Positions 47,567 through 56,519 of a DNA stretch of 64,000 nt are shown here, piece after piece. The position numbers were made by a program, and so were the translations under genes. Origin of the DNA: an uncultured virus (IMG/VR IMGVR_UViG_3300022924_000206) (lineage: Duplodnaviria > Heunggongvirae > Uroviricota > Caudoviricetes); the IMG/VR virus record IMGVR_UViG_3300022924_000206; one strand, 5' to 3'. The notes under the pieces were generated by a model, which did not search any database, was not told where the DNA came from, and worked only from the letters and a program-made list of their open reading frames with translations. The number at the start of each line of letters is the position of its first letter. Within the stretch, counting starts at the first letter, position 1.

Positions 47567-48195
47567 GTAATGATTTTCCTCCCACGTTCCTCCCAGACGA
47601 GTCATTGGGATTTTATGAAACTGTCAAATCAGCCATCCTATTCCTCACGGATAACTTCTGGAAAGGTATGGGAGATAGTGAAATCAGCGCACTCATCGGA
47701 CCCAAGAGCTCCATTGATGATAATTTCCATTTAGCTCTAATCAATGCTCTCTCCGGCACTAAAAATGTCATAGCAGATAAGCCTCAAAATGAAGAGTTGC
47801 CTAAACTAATCCCTATTTTCGAGCACACTATTCCGGCCGTGGGGATCATTGAGAATAGTCTCATTTCCATTATCCATGGTCAGGAGATCTCTACACTTCA
47901 GCGTAGACTAGGTGATGAGCAATCCACCAATTTCCGTGAGAACCTAATTCACATGCTGGATGCTCATTTGGAAACTCACAGCGAACTGCTAGTCGCTGAG
48001 CTAGTGGTCAGTATCGAGCGTTACCTAGCCTATATTCGTGGCCTCGCTCTAGCCTATGAGAAAAAGACATCTCCTCAATCCGAAACAAAGGATTTGAGAA
48101 ACGTTCAAAGCTACGAAGCGCTGATCAATCGACTCGAAGAGAAAATCGAAGGGCTCTGGCTTCTCGGTGTCATGGAAAATGCGGAGTGGGCATAA
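47563..48195 (+). CDS. Hypothetical protein
   Basis: 210-aa coupled ORF. Confidence 0.7.
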   Translation: MSNDFPPTFLPDESLGFYETVKSAILFLTDNFWKGMGDSEISALIGPKSSIDDNFHLALINALSGTKNVIADKPQNEELPKLIPIFEHTIPAVGIIENSLISIIHGQEISTLQRRLGDEQSTNFRENLIHMLDAHLETHSELLVAELVVSIERYLAYIRGLALAYEKKTSPQSETKDLRNVQSYEALINRLEEKIEGLWLLGVMENAEWA

Positions 48196-48235
48196 ACCCA
48201 TTGTGTTTAACTCCCGCAGATGATACGATGATCCC

Positions 48236-48667
48236 GTGGAAACTAGACGAGCTATCAGCGGTGGAATAAAAACTCCGCAAGAGTCGGCTCTCGCGGTTAT
48301 CGCAAGCTACCTAAAAGGATCGCTTAGATCCAGCTGGAGCGCTAACATCTCGGTAGAGGCCGTGGGAGACACATTCCACGTAAGTTTTACCCGCTCCACA
48401 AACTCAGGAACCGCCTCTATTCCGGTCTCAGATGAACTTATGAGAGCACTCAAGCTATACCGTGAAGAGAGTTCAGAGCTCTGGTTTATTCTAGAGGCGC
48501 GAATCTCTAAGAGCAACAAAGAAGTTCAGGTTCGCCCGAGGGCGAAAGATCGTCCGAAAAATGCGGATTTCACCAAAGCTGATCTCTGGCTTGAGATGGC
48601 TTTCCGCGATTGGGCTCTAGACGAATATCCGATTTGGTTTCAAGAGGCGATGATCGCCGATGAGTGA
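48236..48667 (+). CDS. Divergent immunity-protein-like paralog (leaderless)
   Basis: W....S.EAVG...L...R....WF.LEA.I....YPIWF. Confidence 0.5.
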   Translation: METRRAISGGIKTPQESALAVIASYLKGSLRSSWSANISVEAVGDTFHVSFTRSTNSGTASIPVSDELMRALKLYREESSELWFILEARISKSNKEVQVRPRAKDRPKNADFTKADLWLEMAFRDWALDEYPIWFQEAMIADE

Positions 48668-49163
48668 TTCAACCGTTGCCAAGCTCGTTAGTCCTCTTAT
48701 TGAGGAGCTACAGAACTATGAGGTTAAATGGAGCCGGACCTCACTCATAGCTCAAGGGGTAGCAACCGAATTTGAGGTTTTCGTCGCTCAAAGACGCTTC
48801 AATAAAATCAATACTTTTACGCTCGGAACCCATGAGAAGCTCTATGAGCTAGCCTTGGAGCTCCGCAAGCTTTACACAACCATGGAAAGTGAATGGATCC
48901 TCTCGGGGAACCCTGCCGGCTTCCACAATTTCAGATTCCCCTGGTATTCACTCAAAGTCGAAACACCCCACGGGAAAAAGAAACCACTTGAGAAACTGGT
49001 GGATTTCGACTTCAAACGGGAACCTTTTCCTTTCGGAAAACGTATCTCCTACGAAGCGGCTTTCATCGAAGTTTTGGACAATGAAGTTCCTCTAGAACTT
49101 CTTCCAAAATGGTTGCTAAAACGGTTGGAATTGTCGCCAATCCATGATACTATTGAACTATAG
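48660..49163 (+). CDS. Immunity-protein-like paralog
   Basis: ELRKLY...PWYSLKV...DFDFKREP...LPKWL. Confidence 0.55.
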   Translation: MSDSTVAKLVSPLIEELQNYEVKWSRTSLIAQGVATEFEVFVAQRRFNKINTFTLGTHEKLYELALELRKLYTTMESEWILSGNPAGFHNFRFPWYSLKVETPHGKKKPLEKLVDFDFKREPFPFGKRISYEAAFIEVLDNEVPLELLPKWLLKRLELSPIHDTIEL

Positions 49164-49171
49164 GAAAAGAG

Positions 49172-50695
49172 ATGGTACTTATGGCTAATAAGATTACATT
49201 CGAAGAGGGAAAGCTTGTAGTTCCCAACGATCCGATCATTCCTTTTGTGGAGGGTGACGGCATCGGTAAGGACATCACCCCGGCAGTCCAGCGGGTAGTT
49301 GATTCCGCCGTTGCGCGAGCCTACGGTGGCGAAAAGCGCATCGAGTGGCTTGAGGTCTTGGCCGGAGAAAAGGCATTCACCGAGACCGGTGAGTGGCTGC
49401 CCCAGGTCACCGTGGATGCTTTCCGCGATTACCTCGTGAGTATCAAAGGCCCGCTCGGGACTCCCACTGGTAATGGTCACCGTTCAATCAACGTGACTCT
49501 TCGCCAGGAGCTCGACCTTTACGCCTGTGTGCGACCCATCCGTTACTTCGCAGGAGTTCCCGCTCCTGTGAAGCATCCTGAACTTCTCGATGTGACCATC
49601 TTCCGCGAGAACACCGAAGACATCTACGCGGGAATCGAATGGGAGGCCGGCACCAACGAGGCAAAGGTTCTCATCGACATTCTGCAGAACCAGTTCGGTG
49701 TCACCAACATTCGATTCCCCGAGACCTCCAGCATCGGTATCAAGCCGATTTCTCAGGAAGGCTCGGAGCGTCTCATACGGGCTGCTATTCTCCACGCGCT
49801 CACCACCGAGAAGAACACGGTGACCATCGTTCACAAGGGAAACATCCAGAAGTTCACGGAAGGTCGTTTCCTCTCCTGGGGTGAGGAACTCGCCGAGCGT
49901 GAGTTCGGAGCTGAGCTCAAGAGTGGTAAGCTCATCATCAACTCCATGATCGCTGACAACTTCCTACAGCAGGCACTTCTTAACCCTGCTCGTTTCGATG
50001 TTGTGGCTCTCACGAACCTCAACGGTGACTATGCCTCGGACGCTCTCGCGGCTCAGGTGGGTGGTATCGGAATCGCTCCGGGAGCCAACATCAACTACAG
50101 CACCGGCCACGCTCTTTTCGAGGCTACCCACGGCACCGCGCCGGACATCGCTGGCCTCGGCGTGGCAAACCCCTGCTCGCTCCTCCTAAGTGCCGTTATG
50201 CTCCTCGAGTACATCGGTTGGGATGAAGCAGCTAAGCTAATCATCGCAGGGGTAGAGAGCGCAATCGCCAGCGGAAAGGTGACCGGAGATTTCGCTCACC
50301 TGCTGGAAGATGTGAAGGCCGTCAGCACCGAGGAGTTCGCTGACTTCGTTCTCGCTGGATTAGCCGCTGGTGAGCCGATTCGACACATTCTCGATTTCGA
50401 TGCCTACCAGGTTGGTGACAGACTTCTTGATGGTGTGATTTTCAAGGTCGCCATTGACGAGTACGGTCCCAATGATTTCCGAGTAATCTCCATGGAGGCG
50501 GCCGAAGATGCCAAGGCTTATCTCGAGAACAGCCGTATTCGATTGGAGGACTGGTTCCCCTCTGTCAAGGATTACCTGGATGAGATCATCGGTGGTTTTG
50601 CCGATGCAGATGAAGAGCACTCCCTGAAGCTCGAGGTGGAATCCTACGCTGAAGAGTCCGGCGAACCCGGAATTTCGGTGCTTCTAGAGTTCTGA
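49172..50695 (+). CDS. icd: Isocitrate dehydrogenase (homodimeric type) with ~110-aa acidic C-terminal extension
   Basis: [61 protein letters not shown]; alternative start 49181. Confidence 0.95.
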   Translation: MVLMANKITFEEGKLVVPNDPIIPFVEGDGIGKDITPAVQRVVDSAVARAYGGEKRIEWLEVLAGEKAFTETGEWLPQVTVDAFRDYLVSIKGPLGTPTGNGHRSINVTLRQELDLYACVRPIRYFAGVPAPVKHPELLDVTIFRENTEDIYAGIEWEAGTNEAKVLIDILQNQFGVTNIRFPETSSIGIKPISQEGSERLIRAAILHALTTEKNTVTIVHKGNIQKFTEGRFLSWGEELAEREFGAELKSGKLIINSMIADNFLQQALLNPARFDVVALTNLNGDYASDALAAQVGGIGIAPGANINYSTGHALFEATHGTAPDIAGLGVANPCSLLLSAVMLLEYIGWDEAAKLIIAGVESAIASGKVTGDFAHLLEDVKAVSTEEFADFVLAGLAAGEPIRHILDFDAYQVGDRLLDGVIFKVAIDEYGPNDFRVISMEAAEDAKAYLENSRIRLEDWFPSVKDYLDEIIGGFADADEEHSLKLEVESYAEESGEPGISVLLEF

Positions 50696-50713
50696 TTCTG
50701 CGATTAATCGCTC

Positions 50714-50747
50714 GTTCTACCCCGTGCCTCACCGTGCGGGGTAGAAC
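50714..50747 (+). terminator. Hairpin after icd
   Basis: GTTCTACCCCG / CGGGGTAGAAC. Confidence 0.7.
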
Positions 50748-50792
50748 AGTATAAGACACCCCTAAAGCGACCTCCTAAACCGTATCGAATTG

Positions 50793-50839
50793 AATACTCA
50801 AGTGATACCTAAGTGATCCTTCATTATCACTTGAGTATT
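50793..50839. repeat. 15-bp perfect inverted repeat with 17-bp spacer
   Basis: AATACTCAAGTGATA ... TATCACTTGAGTATT; spacer holds a third AAGTGAT. Confidence 0.85.
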
Positions 50840-50994
50840 ACTTACGAAACATTGACCGATTAAAACGCGCTATTACCGTTGTTTTCTGCATGACAAAAAC
50901 GTTGTCTGATAGGTTTTCAAAGAAAATAAAAAACTTTTGTTGAAAATTTTTATTCAGCCCATTAGAGTGTGAATGACCACATAAGGAGAAAATC

Positions 50995-51168
50995 ATGGCT
51001 GTGTTGCTCAAGCGCTCGACCAAAAGCTCCCACATTCCTCAGGAGTGCACCTACGGATGCTGCACCACCATCTACGGCAAGAACGTTTCGAAGGTTCGCC
51101 GCAGCATCAAGCGAGCCTCTAACGCCGATTGGAAGCGTGAGGCAAAGCTCTCACGAGACGAGAGCTAA
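50995..51168 (+). CDS. 57-aa basic Cys-containing protein
   Basis: MAVLLKRSTKSSHIPQECTYGCCTTIYGKNVSKVRRSIKR...; AAGGAG RBS. Confidence 0.7.
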   Translation: MAVLLKRSTKSSHIPQECTYGCCTTIYGKNVSKVRRSIKRASNADWKREAKLSRDES

Positions 51169-51493
51169 AACGCCCCTTAGCTAGGAGTTCTAAAGCCAGA
51201 ACTCTTTTAGAGCGGAGCCAACTGTTTGAATGGTCTTTTATAAGAAGCCCATTTTTACGGTGATACTTTTTAGGGCTCTTAGCGTGAGCTACTTCCCGCT
51301 CCACGGCCGCTCTAATTTCATAATCGGGTCGATTACGAAGCACCGAGCTGATGAATATAGTTTTACTCTCAGGAGCACAGGAAGATACTGCTCTGTAGCT
51401 AGGCTCGTTGTCTTCAATGACAGCTTTCCATTCGGTGAGCTCAGCTTCAACTAATATAGCATTTACGAATGCTTGAAATTCTTTTAAGGTCAT
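51119..51493 (-). CDS. SprT-like protein with degenerate metal motif
   Basis: TIFIS...AVEREVAHA...H...W (REVAH instead of HExxH). Confidence 0.6.
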   Translation of the reverse strand: MTLKEFQAFVNAILVEAELTEWKAVIEDNEPSYRAVSSCAPESKTIFISSVLRNRPDYEIRAAVEREVAHAKSPKKYHRKNGLLIKDHSNSWLRSKRVLALELLAKGRFSSRLVRALPHASNRR

Positions 51494-51521
51494 GCGGCAT
51501 TCTATCGCCGATAATCCTCCC

Positions 51522-52187
51522 ATGACAAAGCTAATAGGAATTTCTGGTAAACCCGGTAGTAATAAGCTTCCCTACGCTTTTAGAATCATTCGTGAACTTC
51601 GGGTTAGAGGTCAAAGAACTAATCAAGTTTTTCTTGCTCAGCCACTTTACGATGAGCTCAACGGCATAGCAAAAGCTTTAGTCACCGGTGAGCCTGCTGC
51701 AAAACTCATAGAGGATTTCAATCTCGGAGAAAAAGGGAAAGAGCTTCTTACCCTCCTCGGTGGTGACATCGGAGAATTCCATCCGGACTACGGGCTCTCT
51801 AGACGCAATGAGAACGTGCGTAAATCGCTCAGCCTTCTTGGTTTAGGTATCCGTAGAGAGCAGGAACCGGACTACTTCGTGAATCGTTTAGGCCCTCAAT
51901 TAGAGGGCTTGGACTTCGGGGTTATCGCTGATCTAAGATTCCCAAACGAGGCGGATCATATTCGCTGGGGTGGCGGGAAAACTCTTCGTGTGGAGATCAA
52001 TAACCCGGAGGATAACTCCGGTGGCTACAAGTATGAAAAAGGCCTCGAAGACCCCACTGAAACGGCTTTAGATGATTATCCGTTTTTCAACTGGCTCTTT
52101 TATAGAAACAACTTCGACGGTATCGCTTTCGGAAGAGAGCTTGAGCAGGCTTTTGAGCTTCCAGCTCTCAAAGAAATTGTGAGGTAA
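51522..52187 (+). CDS. Deoxynucleoside monophosphate kinase-like protein (degenerate P-loop)
   Basis: LIGISGKPGSNK, R..L..LG..RR...DYFV, DLRFPNE, ETALDDY. Confidence 0.75.
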   Translation: MTKLIGISGKPGSNKLPYAFRIIRELRVRGQRTNQVFLAQPLYDELNGIAKALVTGEPAAKLIEDFNLGEKGKELLTLLGGDIGEFHPDYGLSRRNENVRKSLSLLGLGIRREQEPDYFVNRLGPQLEGLDFGVIADLRFPNEADHIRWGGGKTLRVEINNPEDNSGGYKYEKGLEDPTETALDDYPFFNWLFYRNNFDGIAFGRELEQAFELPALKEIVR

Positions 52188-52193
52188 ACACTA

Positions 52194-52727
52194 ATGGCTA
52201 AATTCCACATCTCAAATGATGGCAATGTGCGAGCATGTAGAGCGGCGAGCGAAGCATCCTGCACCGCTAAAGGTCTCGGTGGGCGTCACTTCGATTCCGC
52301 TGAAGAGGGCCGCGAAGCCGTGGAGAAAATCCTCGGCGGGGCAGCCCCTAAAACTGTCAAAAAAGAGACTAAGCTCGACAAGCTCAAGAAGGCTAAAACC
52401 GCCGCGAACACAGCCCTAAAAGAGGTTGACAAGATCCACAAGCAAAAGCTTAAGGAATTTGAAACAGTTGAGACCGCTATCCGTGATAATGCCCTCGGTG
52501 GAAAAGTGAATCCCAACGCACTCATCGCCGATCATACTCGTCTCCAGACTGAAATCGGTATTCTCGCTAAAGAGCGAAAAACTCGTACCGAAGCTCTTCG
52601 TACCGCCGAGAGAGCCGAAGTGGCTGAAGATCGTCGAGTAAACCCCCCGGCTAAAGTTGCTCCGGTCCACTACGCGCCCGCTTACGAATCATACGGAGGC
52701 TGTGGAGGAAGAAGCGGAGGCTGCTGA
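52194..52727 (+). CDS. Protein with the shared N-terminal module, coiled coil and GGC tail
   Basis: MAKFHISNDGNVRACRA...C...HFDS; ends YGGCGGRSGGC. Confidence 0.8.
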   Translation: MAKFHISNDGNVRACRAASEASCTAKGLGGRHFDSAEEGREAVEKILGGAAPKTVKKETKLDKLKKAKTAANTALKEVDKIHKQKLKEFETVETAIRDNALGGKVNPNALIADHTRLQTEIGILAKERKTRTEALRTAERAEVAEDRRVNPPAKVAPVHYAPAYESYGGCGGRSGGC

Positions 52728-53548
52728 TGCGTAACGATGATAAAGCCATTGTTCAAACTTATGCCGCCGACACTTTTATCCCACTAACGCTTCCTTCGGC
52801 AGGATTCAAAAGTCCTCGTCTCAATGAGGATCAGAGAGTTTTCGCTTACGAGCGCTATGCGGAAGAGATTCATCCACCCATCGCCATTGAACTTCCCATC
52901 CCGCTTGGGCTGCAGGAGCTTCCACGCTGTCTCGACATGCCTATACGCCTCAAGGATGAAGAGGAATACAGACTTCCCGAAGATTGGGCTCCACTAAAAG
53001 AAACTCTTGAGCACATCATAGCGGTTGAGCATGAGCATAACCCCTCTTGGCGTGATTACTTCTGTTACATCACGGTGGACTCAAAGCCGGTGAAAGTCGG
53101 TGAACAGCAACGCCATGGTGGGCTCCACGTGGATGGTTTCCAAGGTGAACGTATCGCTTACAAAACTAAAGTAACTCGTAACTACGTGGCAACCACCAAC
53201 GGAGGAACACAGTTCTGGGAGCAGCGTTTCGTGGTGGCTGACCCCAAGCGGTTCAACGCTTTCCTTGGATTTGATCTACAGATTGACGGGGAACCACTCG
53301 TGGCTGAACCAAATAAGTTCTATTTCATGGATGCTTATACTGTTCACGAATCCGGTTTCGCGGCCTTCGATGGGTTGAGAAGTTTCCTACGAGTTACTTT
53401 CGATCTAAAACGTTTTGATCGCCTGGGAAACACTCATAATCCTAATCTCGATTACGATTGGGAGATGGTGCACCGTACGGCTCAGGATGAAGTGGCTGCT
53501 CCTCGTCTTTCTGATGTCATGGCCTCACCGTATTTTCCAACGGCCTAA
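52727..53548 (+). CDS. 2OG-Fe(II) oxygenase-like protein
   Basis: RHGGLHVDG (HxD), GGTQF, distal HES, RSFLR. Confidence 0.7.
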   Translation: MRNDDKAIVQTYAADTFIPLTLPSAGFKSPRLNEDQRVFAYERYAEEIHPPIAIELPIPLGLQELPRCLDMPIRLKDEEEYRLPEDWAPLKETLEHIIAVEHEHNPSWRDYFCYITVDSKPVKVGEQQRHGGLHVDGFQGERIAYKTKVTRNYVATTNGGTQFWEQRFVVADPKRFNAFLGFDLQIDGEPLVAEPNKFYFMDAYTVHESGFAAFDGLRSFLRVTFDLKRFDRLGNTHNPNLDYDWEMVHRTAQDEVAAPRLSDVMASPYFPTA

Positions 53549-53627
53549 TATTTCATAAACGTGCCTAAAGTTGAGGATATTGTTAGAATTCATGGAATCT
53601 AATAAACTCCCCTCCTAAAGGATACTC

Positions 53628-54347
53628 ATGACCGATCCCGCGCAAGCGAATAAAGGTAATAACCTTTTGTTGATCCCGATAATCGGTGCCCTGGTCACGG
53701 TCATCCTAATACTGATCGTTGTCCTATCCCTGGGTGGTAATAGCAGTTTCGGGATAACCGAGAGCTCCTCCGCTAAGCAGGAGTTGGAGCAAAGGGTTGA
53801 GAGAAGCTTCACTCAAGGATTCTCAGTCCCCGAAAGTCAAGTAACCGTTTCACTCGGTGATGAAGAGCCGCTCGAGCAATATAAGAGTTTGAGAGCTAAG
53901 TCAGTTCTAGTGATTGTTCAACTCAACGGCGAGGAATCTAAGAGTCTCCTCTCGAGTCTAACCGGGCTTCAGAAGGAGTGGCTCTCAACTGGTGGAGATG
54001 TAGTGAAATTAGGAGCATCTTTCGATGTGCCTCTTCTCGGGAAAACCGGGGTCGGTGCCAATCAGGTGGTCTCTGCTCAAGAGGGTAAACTTGTGCTCAC
54101 TCCTGACGCCTTTTATCTTAGCGGATTGAAAGCATCTCTCCAGGATATTCTAAAAATTCCGGTTCTCGGGGATTGGATCAAAGATTTCTCCACCGCCCAA
54201 ACCTATTGTGTTGCTGATAGAGCCCCAGCTGGCTTTACTCTACAAAACGCGAAATTGTCCGGCGAAAAGATAACTTTTACTTTCCAGGCTAAAGAGCAGA
54301 GCCTCGCCGTAGAGGATTTGCAAAGCTTTGGTACCTGCGAGAGCTAA
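53628..54347 (+). CDS. LmeA/DUF2993-like membrane-anchored protein
   Basis: N-terminal TM; VTVSLG..PL.Q; YCVAD..P.G.TL; terminal GTC. Confidence 0.55.
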   Translation: MTDPAQANKGNNLLLIPIIGALVTVILILIVVLSLGGNSSFGITESSSAKQELEQRVERSFTQGFSVPESQVTVSLGDEEPLEQYKSLRAKSVLVIVQLNGEESKSLLSSLTGLQKEWLSTGGDVVKLGASFDVPLLGKTGVGANQVVSAQEGKLVLTPDAFYLSGLKASLQDILKIPVLGDWIKDFSTAQTYCVADRAPAGFTLQNAKLSGEKITFTFQAKEQSLAVEDLQSFGTCES

Positions 54348-54361
54348 ACGATAGATAACAC

Positions 54362-54844
54362 ATGACAGCCGTGACTCCCGTAACTCCTCAAAAGAATCGC
54401 TTTTGGGTATGGTTCCTATGGGCTTTAGGTGTTCGCACACCAAGCTCCGACTCCGAGTACGGTGAAAAACTGGCAGCGTACAGGCGCTGGTCCTCCATCC
54501 CAGTTATGGTCATGTCCTTGGCTGTTTTTGTTCTCATCGGTGTGAAGATTTTCATTGTGATGAGTGCTTTTATTGGAGCTTTCAACGCTTTAGATCCCGA
54601 AGTCGTAGTCACCCAGTATAATCTAAATACACCGGTAGAGCAAATAGTTCTTAATTCCATGGGCGGAATTATCCAGGAAGTGCTTCATGCGGTGCCGCTA
54701 GGACTTCATATTCCTCTGATTATCCTGTGGCTTTTAGCTTTCGTGATTGATTTTGTGATAGCTGCCACTTTAGCAGAAAATAAGAAGCTCTGGTGGAAAC
54801 GCCACTGGGGTGGCATTGTGACCGCACTTGTAACTATTCCTTAA
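54362..54844 (+). CDS. Membrane protein resembling the S1-S3 part of ion-channel voltage sensors
   Basis: W.LAFVIDFV....AENKKLWWKRHW...IP. Confidence 0.5.
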   Translation: MTAVTPVTPQKNRFWVWFLWALGVRTPSSDSEYGEKLAAYRRWSSIPVMVMSLAVFVLIGVKIFIVMSAFIGAFNALDPEVVVTQYNLNTPVEQIVLNSMGGIIQEVLHAVPLGLHIPLIILWLLAFVIDFVIAATLAENKKLWWKRHWGGIVTALVTIP

Positions 54845-54856
54845 GAAAGGAAAACC

Positions 54857-55351
54857 TTGGAACTCGAAAAAGCCTATATTGAATTAGAGGCGGCGGAGGC
54901 CGGTGAAACCGGAGCGAAAGAGCAGTCGGAGACCTACGCAATTTTCGCAGGGATCTCTCTTCTACTCATCGTGGGAGTATATTTCGTTGCTAAGACACCG
55001 ATCAGCTGGTTTGTTTTCGGAGTTTTGCTCTTTGCTCTAATTATGATGGTGAGCCTCTTCTACGGGAAGCGCCATCGAAGTGAAAAGCTCCGCATTGCCA
55101 AAGCTTCACTAGCTAAGGAGCTCGCGATTGAGGAGTTCATCGCTGAGAACAATGTGATCTTGACTCAGGCTGAAAAAGCTAACCTCATGTTTCCAAGAAC
55201 TGGACTTCCGAAGACAGACGGGACCGTGGGTCAGGCTCTAGTCACGAGAGATAAAGAGATTTTCAACGCTACCCTAAGCTTCAAAGAGGGAAAGTTTTCA
55301 CTTTCGCTACGGAAGCCTCGAGCAAAGTCTGCGGTTTCTCCCAAAAAGTAA
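54857..55351 (+). CDS. Two-TM membrane protein
   Basis: AAGGA RBS with TTG start. Confidence 0.7.
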   Translation: MELEKAYIELEAAEAGETGAKEQSETYAIFAGISLLLIVGVYFVAKTPISWFVFGVLLFALIMMVSLFYGKRHRSEKLRIAKASLAKELAIEEFIAENNVILTQAEKANLMFPRTGLPKTDGTVGQALVTRDKEIFNATLSFKEGKFSLSLRKPRAKSAVSPKK

Positions 55352-55376
55352 CCGTTGAACAAAACTCGGGTGTATT

Positions 55377-55829
55377 TTATTCCGAGGGCTCTATGTTTTT
55401 TGCGTAGCCTATTTCGACTAGCGCCGCTAAATGGTCACCTTGGGATTCTTCGAGAAGTCGAGACCAGCCCTGACGGGCAGCACGCGGAGCTATCGCGGGT
55501 TCTGGTCCCGAGAGTAAATCCAATAGAGTTCTTACAGTTGGATACATAGGTTGTTCTTCTGAGCTTACGAGATAGTTCACTACTATTTTCGTCTCATCCA
55601 GAGTAAGCCAATAACGCTCAAACCATGAGACCGCATGGAAATCAGGTTCATTGAGATATGTTTGAAATTTCTCTAGAGATTTACGGACACCGTCATTGCT
55701 AGCTGTCCAACTGGAACGAACTTGAGAGAGCCGTTCACGGTAAGTTTCAAATCGTTGAAGCTCATTAGCTGGAATCTCTTTACGAGTGAGCAAAGCTATG
55801 GCTTCTTGTGGCACGAATACGTCGAGCAT
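55377..55829 (-). CDS. Hypothetical protein
   Basis: 150-aa ORF. Confidence 0.7.
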   Translation of the reverse strand: MLDVFVPQEAIALLTRKEIPANELQRFETYRERLSQVRSSWTASNDGVRKSLEKFQTYLNEPDFHAVSWFERYWLTLDETKIVVNYLVSSEEQPMYPTVRTLLDLLSGPEPAIAPRAARQGWSRLLEESQGDHLAALVEIGYAKNIEPSE

Positions 55830-55891
55830 GGGATAAATTATCGGTACCGGCGATAGTAAATGTAATTCTTCCGTACAGTTAGGCTCTCACA

Positions 55892-56419
55892 ATGAATGAT
55901 CTTGAAACCATAGCGGTCATAGTAGGTAAAGCTCTCTATTCGACAAAGAAAACCTCTTTAGAGCTAGATGAGCTAATCATTTTTTCGTTGGAAACCGCTA
56001 AAGAGCTAATTGCGGCCGGCTACGGAGAATTCTATGGGAGTTCCTACGATTTCACTAAAAAAGAGAAGGATATTCTGGTAGAGAAACTGCGCCTAAAAAT
56101 CCTTGAGCAGCCACAGCCGACTCTGCTCCCGGTGGATGATTTCTTAGATTTTTATTCAGACGATGAGTACTACGTGCTAGAGGGACTAATCGAAGAGAAC
56201 AATTCTTCTGAAGAGCCGGTTCCCGAAGAGCAGCCTCCCCTCTATTCCGATGCAGAATTGGAATTAGCTCTAGAGACCACTCGGCCACACCCTGATGTTG
56301 AGCTCAGTGATCCTGAAGAGCCGGTAATCAATATCCCGACGGTCACGGTGAAGCCTTTAGTGAAAGATCGCGGACCAGCACCGTCTTGGGCTACGAGAAC
56401 TGTAGAGAACAACGAATAA
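55892..56419 (+). CDS. Acidic hypothetical protein
   Basis: 175-aa ORF. Confidence 0.7.
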   Translation: MNDLETIAVIVGKALYSTKKTSLELDELIIFSLETAKELIAAGYGEFYGSSYDFTKKEKDILVEKLRLKILEQPQPTLLPVDDFLDFYSDDEYYVLEGLIEENNSSEEPVPEEQPPLYSDAELELALETTRPHPDVELSDPEEPVINIPTVTVKPLVKDRGPAPSWATRTVENNE

Positions 56420-56471
56420 AGTTGCTCTTGTGGCTTGAATCCTAAGCCGAGGCGCTAGTTTCGTGAATCGT

Positions 56472-56519
56472 CGTGCGAAGCCATGAGTAAACTCGCTTAG
56501 GCTGCGAGCCAGCGCCTCT
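56472..56519 (-). repeat. Dispersed ~48-bp repeat copy
   Basis: Reverse strand AGAGGCGCTGGCTCGCAGCCTAAGCGAGTTTACTCATGGCTTCGCACG. Confidence 0.7.

Noticed and set aside
50969..51184. 71-aa ORF-track call
   Set aside because: The overlapping 50995-51168 frame has the AAGGAG RBS and better codon usage.
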